In this document: positions 39,079-46,554 of the stretch, in pieces | Layout of the letters: every line of letters starts with the position of its first letter | Position numbering within the stretch: position 1 is the first letter of the stretch | NCBI GenBank assembly: GCA_965198945.1 | Contig: CBDAQI010000001.1 | Span: forward strand, 288,001 to 352,000 | Reading direction: 5' to 3' | DNA length: 64,000 nucleotides | Origin: Thermodesulfobacteriota bacterium | GTDB lineage: Bacteria; Desulfobacterota_D; UBA1144; Nemesobacterales; Mycalebacteriaceae | Program-made: the position numbers and the translations under genes | Notes under the pieces: model-generated | What the model was told of the DNA's origin: nothing | The model's database searches: none | The model's input: the letters and a program-made list of their open reading frames with translations, nothing else

Positions 39079-41007
39079 ATGTCTAAAATAACCGTCACAC
39101 ACAAAAACACCGCCGCCGAAATTGAATCCGGCGCAACGGTCCTGGCAGCTCTTTCCGCCGTTGGCGCGGAGAAATCGGCCATCGGCGCAACTGTCAACGG
39201 CAGCCTTATGGATTTGTCTCAAACCCTTGATGCGGACGCTTCCGTTGAGCCCGTAAAACAAAATTCCGCCGGAGGTCTCCCTCTTGTTCGCCACACAGCC
39301 GCACATGTTATGGCAGAAGCGGTTCAGGGACTTTTCCCGAAAGTGAAAGTAACAATCGGTCCCGTTATTGAAGACGGTTTTTATTATGATTTTGACGCGC
39401 CCGAACCGTTTACTCCCGAAGACCTTGAAAAAATAGAGAAGCGGATGGAAAAAATCGTTAAAGAAAACCGCCCGCTTGTGCGTAAAACCGTTTCGCGCTC
39501 GGAAGCCGTTAAAACTTTTTCCGATGTGGGAGAAGACTACAAAGTGGAAATTATCAAAGACCTGCCGGAAAATGAGGAAATAACAATTTACGACCAAGGG
39601 AAATGGTTTGATCTTTGCAGAGGCCCTCACGCGCCCTCAACCGGAGCGGTCAAGGCGTTCAAGCTGACGTCTTCAGCGGGGGCTTACTGGCGCGGAGTTG
39701 AAACCAACCCGATGCTTCAGCGCATATACGGAACGGCATTTTCTGACAGAAAGGACTTGAAAAAACACCTCGCCATGCTTGAGGAAGCGAAGAAAAGAGA
39801 CCACAGAAAACTCGGCAGAGAGCTTGATCTTTTCAGTATCAGAGACGATGTGGGACCGGGTCTTGTTCTGTGGCATCCAAAGGGCGCCCGCGTTCGCGGA
39901 ATCATTGAAGATTTCTGGCGCGCCGAGCATAGAAAGGCCGGTTATGACATTCTCTACACACCGCACCTTGCGCGGCTTGACCTCTGGAAAACAAGCGGAC
40001 ACACCGATTTCTATACTGAAAGCATGTTTTCACCCTCGCAGATTGACAACTCTGACTATCAGATAAAACCGATGAACTGCCCGTTTCATATTCTGGTTTA
40101 CAAGTCCACACTCAGAAGCTACAGAGATCTGCCTCTCAGATGGGCGGAGGTGGGAACCGTATACAGATACGAGCGCAGCGGCGTGCTTCACGGGCTTTTG
40201 AGAGTCAGGGGGTTTTCACAGGATGACGCGCATATATTCTGCCGCCCCGACCAGATAGGGGATGAAGTCGGAGGCGTTCTGGATTTGACTCTTATGTTTT
40301 TGAAGAGATTCGGGTTTGAAAATTTTGAAGTTTTTCTGTCAACAAAGCCCGACAAGTTTGTCGGAAGCGAAGAAGACTGGGAAGCTGCGACCGAAGCAAT
40401 GAAGTCTGCGCTTGCCGGAAAGAACCTTGATTACTCTGTTGATGAAAAAGGCGGAGCGTTCTACGGCCCGAAGATAGATCTCAAAATCAAAGATGTGCTC
40501 GGAAGGTCTTGGCAGTGTTCCACTGTTCAGTTAGACTTTAATCTCCCGAAAAGGTTTGACATGGCCTTTGTGGGTGAGGATAATTCCCGCCACACGCCGA
40601 TAATGATTCATCGTGCCATATTCGGTTCGTTTGAGAGATTTTTCGGTATTCTGGTTGAGCACTACGGCGGCGCTTTCCCGTTGTGGCTTAGTCCCTCGCA
40701 AGTGAGGGTGGCGACAGTCGGAGACAGTCATGCCGTTTACGCACAAAAAGTTGCGGATGCTTTGAGGGAAAAAGGTGTAAGGGTTGAGGAAGACTTCAGG
40801 AATGAAAAGCTTGGTTACAAGGTCAGAGAAGCACAGGTTATGAAAATACCGTATCTTCTTGTAATCGGGGAAAAAGAAGTTGAAAATTCAACGGTGGCGC
40901 CGAGAAAATATGGAAGTGAAAGTTTGAATTCGATGGGGATTGAAGGTTTTGTTGAGGTTTTGAACGCTGAGGGCGGCGTTTTTGCGGGCGGGGAGATTTC
41001 GTTATAA
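39079..41007 (+). CDS. thrS: threonine--tRNA ligase
   Basis: RHTAAH, DLCRGPH, RDHRKLG, KPMNCP, AFYGPKID. Confidence 0.97.
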   Translation: MSKITVTHKNTAAEIESGATVLAALSAVGAEKSAIGATVNGSLMDLSQTLDADASVEPVKQNSAGGLPLVRHTAAHVMAEAVQGLFPKVKVTIGPVIEDGFYYDFDAPEPFTPEDLEKIEKRMEKIVKENRPLVRKTVSRSEAVKTFSDVGEDYKVEIIKDLPENEEITIYDQGKWFDLCRGPHAPSTGAVKAFKLTSSAGAYWRGVETNPMLQRIYGTAFSDRKDLKKHLAMLEEAKKRDHRKLGRELDLFSIRDDVGPGLVLWHPKGARVRGIIEDFWRAEHRKAGYDILYTPHLARLDLWKTSGHTDFYTESMFSPSQIDNSDYQIKPMNCPFHILVYKSTLRSYRDLPLRWAEVGTVYRYERSGVLHGLLRVRGFSQDDAHIFCRPDQIGDEVGGVLDLTLMFLKRFGFENFEVFLSTKPDKFVGSEEDWEAATEAMKSALAGKNLDYSVDEKGGAFYGPKIDLKIKDVLGRSWQCSTVQLDFNLPKRFDMAFVGEDNSRHTPIMIHRAIFGSFERFFGILVEHYGGAFPLWLSPSQVRVATVGDSHAVYAQKVADALREKGVRVEEDFRNEKLGYKVREAQVMKIPYLLVIGEKEVENSTVAPRKYGSESLNSMGIEGFVEVLNAEGGVFAGGEISL

Positions 41008-41624
41008 GAGGACCCAGGAAAAAACCGGAAAGACGGCCTCCCGCAACGCGCATAAACCGCAGAATAAGGGCTCCTCAGGTTAGGGTTATTGACGACGAGG
41101 GGGGGCAGCTTGGAATTATGCCGGTAGAGCAAGCTCTTGCAAGGGCGGAAGAGGCGGGTCTTGACCTGGTTGAAGTTGCCCCGGATTCCCAGCCGCCGGT
41201 TTGCAGGCTTACTGATTATGGAAAATACAAGTATTTGCAGAAGAAAAATTCACGTAAGCAGAAGCCGGGCCTGATAAAGGAGATTAAGCTGAGACCCCAC
41301 ATCGGACAGCACGATCTGGAAGTGAAACTTGGAAGGCTCAAGGGGTTTCTTGAAGACGGATGCAAAGCGAGATTGAGAGTTATGTTCAGAGGAAGAGAGT
41401 TTGTTCATCAAAACACCGGATTTGAGCTTATTGCCTCAATAGTGGAAAAAGTTTCCGACCTTGGCAAAGTGGACTCTCCGGCCAAACTTGAGGGCAGGCA
41501 TATAATAGCCGTTCTCTCTCCGGTCAAATCCCCGGTGGTGAAGAGTGTTCGGGGCGCCGGTGACGGCGGCAAAGAATTGGGAAAAAAGCCGGAAAATATA
41601 ACTGAAGACGGGGCACAGGCATGA
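41004..41624 (+). CDS. infC: translation initiation factor IF-3 (non-canonical ATA start)
   Basis: Frame is open upstream of 41118 and encodes conserved RINRRIRAPQVRVID. ATA at 41004 follows GGGGAG. Also LDLVEVAP and DYGKYKY. Confidence 0.9.
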   Translation: MRGPRKKPERRPPATRINRRIRAPQVRVIDDEGGQLGIMPVEQALARAEEAGLDLVEVAPDSQPPVCRLTDYGKYKYLQKKNSRKQKPGLIKEIKLRPHIGQHDLEVKLGRLKGFLEDGCKARLRVMFRGREFVHQNTGFELIASIVEKVSDLGKVDSPAKLEGRHIIAVLSPVKSPVVKSVRGAGDGGKELGKKPENITEDGAQA

Positions 41625-41821
41625 AGAATAAAATCAAAACCAACAGGAGTGCCGCCAAGCGTTTTTCTTTCACCGCAAGCGGTAAGGTAAAAATGTCAAG
41701 AGGCGGAAAGTCACACCTCAATGTCAAAAAAAATGCCAAAAGGATGAGGCGACTCGGTTCCGAGCGGTATTTTGAAGGAACCGCGGCAAAAAGAATCTCC
41801 TCTTATGTTCCGGCCAAATAA
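41621..41821 (+). CDS. rpmI: 50S ribosomal protein L35
   Basis: KIKTNRSAAKRFSFTASGK, located between infC and rplT. Confidence 0.93.
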   Translation: MKNKIKTNRSAAKRFSFTASGKVKMSRGGKSHLNVKKNAKRMRRLGSERYFEGTAAKRISSYVPAK

Positions 41822-41841
41822 GTTTTAACGAGGATTAAAAA

Positions 41842-42207
41842 ATGAGAGTAACACCTTCAGTGGCGTCCAGAAACAGACGCAAAAAGATTCTAAAACAGGC
41901 GAAAGGTTATTGGGGGCGCAGAAAAAACAACCTCAGAAAAGCCAAAGAAACTCTTCTGCGCGCCATGGCTTATTCCTACAGAGACAGGCGGAACAGAAAA
42001 AGAGATTTCAGAGCTCTTTGGATAACAAGAATAAACGCCGCGGTCAGGCCCTACGGTCTTTCCTACAGCCGTTTTATAGCGGAGCTGAAAAAATCCGGCA
42101 TTGATTTGGACAGGAAATCCCTTTCGGAACTTGCAATCAGAGACCCGCAGGCCTTTGAGCGGGTTGTCAAAACCGCAAGCGGTGAAGCGCAGTCTTTAAG
42201 TAACTAA
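41842..42207 (+). CDS. rplT: 50S ribosomal protein L20
   Basis: [30 protein letters not shown]. Confidence 0.97.
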   Translation: MRVTPSVASRNRRKKILKQAKGYWGRRKNNLRKAKETLLRAMAYSYRDRRNRKRDFRALWITRINAAVRPYGLSYSRFIAELKKSGIDLDRKSLSELAIRDPQAFERVVKTASGEAQSLSN

Positions 42208-42210
42208 ATA

Positions 42211-42231
42211 AACGGCGTGTCTGCCGTTCTT
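42211..42231 (+). terminator. possible weak terminator hairpin after rplT
   Basis: AACGGC-GTGTCT-GCCGTT followed by only a short T tract. Confidence 0.3.
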
Positions 42232-42333
42232 GCAGAGAGTTCATAAGCGGCTTTTTCTTGTCGCTTCCGACTACGATTGCTATAGTCTGCTTTGATGATA
42301 AAGACGAACAAAAAAGAGTAAAAGGAGAGGATA

Positions 42334-42636
42334 ATGCAGGAAGGCTTATCAAACGTGTTCGTGCTCAATCACGCTGATTTTATTATTATCATCCTAACTT
42401 TTCTATGTTTGTGTGTTAGCATATTAACGTTGATTGTGGTTGTAAAAACAATTGATTTGTGGAGGTTTATGCAACAGATAAGAGACGTTCATTTTAAAAG
42501 TCTAATAGATGAAGCAAAGAAAGAAATACAAGAATATGAGAAACAGCTTCAGGGAAAAAGGGGAAAAACTATGAGAGGCGGATCTCCTTATCATGTTAAA
42601 TCCGCACAAAGCGGAGAGAGAGTGAGTAATGATTGA
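42334..42636 (+). CDS. single-TM hypothetical protein
   Basis: AAGGAGAGG SD, hydrophobic helix, then a charged coiled-coil-like part. Overlaps the next gene. Confidence 0.6.
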   Translation: MQEGLSNVFVLNHADFIIIILTFLCLCVSILTLIVVVKTIDLWRFMQQIRDVHFKSLIDEAKKEIQEYEKQLQGKRGKTMRGGSPYHVKSAQSGERVSND

Positions 42637-43138
42637 AAAACTATCTCATGAACAAAAAAAGATTATAGAATCTTTTCATAAACGAGGGCTTCCAATTAAA
42701 ACCGCGCCCATCGCAAATGCATTTGGAATAGATGTGTTTTATACAGACTCATGGGAAAATGACACATCAGGAATGATAAGACGGATCAATGAAAACAAAT
42801 ATGAGATTTTTGTCAATAAGAAACATCCTCCAAATCGTAGACGATTCACGATTGCTCACGAACTTGCTCATTTTTTACTTCACACTGACTTGTTAGAAGA
42901 TGAAACATTTGAAGATCACCTGCTTCGTGCGGTGGGAAGCAGGTGGTCTAATGCAGCGGTAGAGTCAGAAGCAAATGCTTTGGCAGCAGATATTTTGATG
43001 CCTTGGAATCTGATAGAAAGAGAATACTCACGAGGCGCGAAAACTATAGAGTCCTTGTCAGAAAAGTTTGAAGTTTCTAAAGATGCAATGTCAGTAAGAG
43101 TGCTTGGAACTCATTATAGAAATCCAGATAAACCCTAG
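42629..43138 (+). CDS. ImmA/IrrE-family Zn metallopeptidase (stand-alone)
   Basis: RRRFTIAHELAHFLLH and ESEANALAADILMP. Confidence 0.88.
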   Translation: MIEKLSHEQKKIIESFHKRGLPIKTAPIANAFGIDVFYTDSWENDTSGMIRRINENKYEIFVNKKHPPNRRRFTIAHELAHFLLHTDLLEDETFEDHLLRAVGSRWSNAAVESEANALAADILMPWNLIEREYSRGAKTIESLSEKFEVSKDAMSVRVLGTHYRNPDKP

Positions 43139-43147
43139 CGGGCATGT

Positions 43148-43655
43148 TTATCTGTCAGCGGTTTGAATTTTCCTGTCAGACAGAGTTATGGTTCTAACTA
43201 CTGCTCCGGCGGGGATGATTCCCTCTTTTCCTTTATTCAAAAAAGCCAGCGGACACAACATAGTGCCTATTGCAACCGTTCCTCCAATTTCAGAGTCACC
43301 TTTTGTATTGAAAGCCTTTCAAAGGAATTTCAGTTCCATCAACAGCATTCGTATACTCCACATTGATTGTAAGCGCACCTGAAATCCCAGCCATTGCTGC
43401 GCCTTTTCGGTCTGAAACTCTGGCAACAACAGCAGTTCTGGCCTCAATAACAGTTATGCCGTCAACTTTGATATCACGCTCAACCTCAAGAAGAATCTGT
43501 TGACCTGCTTTCACTTCCTTTGAAGAAATACGCTGTGCTGTTTGAACTGGCACAATTGTAGAATCCCGCAAAACAAGTTCACGGGCAAATACACTCTCTG
43601 TGCTGAAAGCAAGCAAACATATTGTCGCTATCGTTATATAGTTTAGAAACTTCAT
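43148..43655 (-). pseudogene. secreted hypothetical protein with frameshift near 43312
   Basis: Own SD (AAGGGAGG) and signal peptide at 43655. After DGTEIPLKG the protein-like continuation FNTKGDSEIGGTVAIG..KGKEGIIPAG..TADR* lies in another frame. Confidence 0.65.
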
Positions 43656-44084
43656 TTTCAATCCTCCCTTGATTTGAAGTTTTGATGGAAAACAAATTAT
43701 AAAAAAGCCAATTCCACCCAGAAATCCCGTAACTGCTCTGGTTAAGTTTATGCTCTGGTAACCAGTTGAGTTCTGCATAACAACATCTAAAACTGCCGGA
43801 AGTAGCAAAGTAGCCCCAAGCAGAGCGCGTGCGGTATATTTTTTAGGACGACTGACAAGCAAAGCGGCAACGGCAACACCCAAATATCCTAAAAGGCATC
43901 TTGAGCAAAGACCGCAGGGAAATCCAAAAATCCAAAAAGAACGGGATGGTAATTGATGGCATATAAAAGCAAACAATTTATAAAGAGATTCACCATTTGG
44001 AAACCCATTAACCGATTGCCGAATTGGTGCGGCAAGTGAAAGAACAACTAATAAAAAAGAAACAAGAAAAACAGTTATTCTCAA
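43656..44084 (-). CDS. DUF2085-like membrane protein (no stop; reads in frame into the downstream gene)
   Basis: ICHQLPSRSF..CGLCSRCLLGYLG, D..Q..N..R..TG. TTG start at 44084 after AAGAGG is inferred. Confidence 0.7.
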
Positions 44085-44268
44085 ATTGAAGCCTCTTGAT
44101 ACACCATAGACGCCGGGTCTTGCTATGCCCTCAAACAGAGTTAACTGTTTCCGTAAGATAAACCGGTGCGGAATTCTATTCAAGAAATAGAAACATACCA
44201 TTAGGGGAGTTGTCAAGTCAGTTTTGCGAAATCTTGTCTAACATAAAGTATATTAAGTCACTGTCTTT

Positions 44269-44943
44269 TTATTCAGCTTTCAGCCCCGCTTCATCCAGAT
44301 CCCATCTTATTGGGCAGTTTTCGCAGTCCGGCCTTTTTTTGTGACAAAACTCTTTCGCCGTTCGCACAATAAGCGCGTGATACTCGTTGAACAGCGCGGT
44401 TCTGCGCGGAAGGTTGTTTTCAAACAGTTTCTGAACCGTTTCATATGAGACTTTTTCATCCGTGAGCCCGTGCCTTGCGGTTATTCTTTTTGTATAGGCG
44501 TCAACAACAAAGGAGGGCTTGCGGGCGGCGTATAAAACTATGCTGTCCGCCGTCTCAGGGCCTATTCCCTCAATTTTCAGAAGGGTTTTTCTGAGTTTCA
44601 GTCTTTTTTCGGATAGAAGACCGCCGATGCTGCCTACGTAGTTATCAACCACAAACCGCGCGAAGATTTTCAGGCGTCTTGACTTCTGATTGAAATAGCC
44701 GGACGACTTTATCAGACGGGCGAGTTTCGCACGGGGTATTTTGTTAATGTTCGCGGGTGAAAGAGTCATTTCACTTTTAAGCAGCCGGATGGATTTTTCA
44801 ACATTTTTCCATGAGGTATTCTGTGTCAAAATGGCCCCGACTATGCATTCAAAGGGAGTTTCCGCGGGCCACCAGTTCTGCCCGCCGAAACGTTCAAACA
44901 TCGCGTCGTAGATTTTGAGAACCCTCTTTCCGTTTTTGCTCAT
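44269..44943 (-). CDS. endonuclease III-like HhH-GPD DNA glycosylase
   Basis: GAILTQNTSW, GIGPETADSI, VVDAYT, C-x6-C-x2-C. Confidence 0.88.
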   Translation of the reverse strand: MSKNGKRVLKIYDAMFERFGGQNWWPAETPFECIVGAILTQNTSWKNVEKSIRLLKSEMTLSPANINKIPRAKLARLIKSSGYFNQKSRRLKIFARFVVDNYVGSIGGLLSEKRLKLRKTLLKIEGIGPETADSIVLYAARKPSFVVDAYTKRITARHGLTDEKVSYETVQKLFENNLPRRTALFNEYHALIVRTAKEFCHKKRPDCENCPIRWDLDEAGLKAE

Positions 44944-45021
44944 AAGGCAAGAATATACGGCAAACCGCAGAGGGATTTTGTTGACAATTTCCCTTCGTAA
45001 TGTTTAATGATATGTCGTTCA

Positions 45022-46146
45022 ATGAACCATACCGCTCTCTATGAAATCCATGCCGCAAACGGGGCGAAAATGACTGAATTTGCAGGCTGGCGGATGCCTC
45101 TTTCTTATTCCGGGGTTCGGCGTGAGCACTGTGCCGTGCGCTCTTCGTGCGGCATTTTTGACGCGAGCCATATGGGGGAAATAGAGATAACCGGACCTGA
45201 AGCGGAGAGCCTCTGCCAGTGGCTTTTAACAAATGACGTGAGCCGGATGGGAGATATGCGTGTTCAATACAGCCTGCTCTGCAATGAAGAGGGCGGAATT
45301 GTGGATGACCTTATGGTCTACAGATTTTCCCGTGAAAGATTCATTCTCTGTGTTAACGCTTCCAATACCAAAAGGGATTTTGACCGGGCTCTTTCACAAT
45401 CGGAAAAGTTTTCCGCCCGTGTGACGGATATAAGCAGCCGAATTTCCCTTGTTTCCGTTCAGGGGCCCGGTTCACAAGGCGTTGTGAGCCGCGCAATGGA
45501 AGAGGACTTTGAGATACCGCAACGTTTTTCTTTCACAATTTTTGATTGCGGCGGACCCTCCTTTATCTCACGGACGGGCTATACAGGAGAAGACGGATTT
45601 GAAATTTTTGTTCCCTGGGATTCGGCTCCAGAAATCTGGCTCAAACTTGTTTCCACCGGTGAAGGTTCTGAAGTCTGTATGTGCGGCCTCGGTTCCAGAG
45701 ACACATTGCGGCTTGAAATGGGGTATTCGCTATACGGAAACGAGATATCTGAGGAAGTAAACCCTTTTGAGGCAAACCTCGGAAGGTATGTGAAAATGGA
45801 CAAAGGTGATTTTTGCGGCAGAGAATCTCTCGTGAGGGGTCTTGAGAACGGTGTGGAACGGTCTCTGTGCGGACTTGAAATGGTTGAGCCCGGCATTCCG
45901 CGCAATTCATACAAGGTTTTTTCGGGCGAAACTGAAGTGGGTCGGGTTACAAGCGGAACCATGTCTCCGAGTCTGGAAAAACCCGTCGGTCTTGCTTTTA
46001 TAAGCTCTTCGGCGCTTGATAACGCGCGGCGCGACGGTGTGCAAGTGCAAATCAGAAACGGCCGCAGGAAGGCCGAGATTACCGATGTGCCTTTCTATGT
46101 AAAATCTTCGAACCGGGTCGGCCGGAAAATGGAGAAGCAGGCATGA
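45022..46146 (+). CDS. gcvT: glycine cleavage T protein
   Basis: FAGWRMP, FDASHMG, SRTGYTGEDGFE, RDTLRLE. Confidence 0.95.
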   Translation: MNHTALYEIHAANGAKMTEFAGWRMPLSYSGVRREHCAVRSSCGIFDASHMGEIEITGPEAESLCQWLLTNDVSRMGDMRVQYSLLCNEEGGIVDDLMVYRFSRERFILCVNASNTKRDFDRALSQSEKFSARVTDISSRISLVSVQGPGSQGVVSRAMEEDFEIPQRFSFTIFDCGGPSFISRTGYTGEDGFEIFVPWDSAPEIWLKLVSTGEGSEVCMCGLGSRDTLRLEMGYSLYGNEISEEVNPFEANLGRYVKMDKGDFCGRESLVRGLENGVERSLCGLEMVEPGIPRNSYKVFSGETEVGRVTSGTMSPSLEKPVGLAFISSSALDNARRDGVQVQIRNGRRKAEITDVPFYVKSSNRVGRKMEKQA

Positions 46147-46529
46147 GCGTTCCGGGTAATTTGAGATATACCGAAGAACACGAGTGGGCCCTGCTTGACG
46201 GTGACACTGTAACGGTGGGCATAACGGACTACGCGCAGGACGCCATAGGCGAGATAGTTTTTGTGGAAGCTCCCTCAGAGGGCGATTCTTTCCGCAAGGG
46301 GGAAATTTTCGGCGCCGTGGAGTCCACAAAATCGGTTTCAGATCTTTTCTGCCCGGTTGATGGCAATGTTGTTGAGATAAACGAAGTTCTGATTGACTCT
46401 TCCGGTGTCATAAACACCTCTCCCTACGGTGATGGTTGGCTTATTAAGCTGTTCGTGGAAGACTCTTCCTCCTTTGAGGAACTGATGGACGCCGCGGCTT
46501 ATAAAAAATTTCTGGAGACCGGAGAGTAG
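46143..46529 (+). CDS. gcvH: glycine cleavage H protein
   Basis: YTEEHEW, GITDYAQ, VESTKSVSD. Confidence 0.95.
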   Translation: MSVPGNLRYTEEHEWALLDGDTVTVGITDYAQDAIGEIVFVEAPSEGDSFRKGEIFGAVESTKSVSDLFCPVDGNVVEINEVLIDSSGVINTSPYGDGWLIKLFVEDSSSFEELMDAAAYKKFLETGE

Positions 46530-46554
46530 GGCATTTCCGCCGGGGTTTTTCATT

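Noticed and set aside
44944..45021. Glycine riboswitch before gcvT
   Set aside because: The spacer is too short and lacks GGAGA..CCGAAG aptamer motifs. It appears to hold only divergent promoters.
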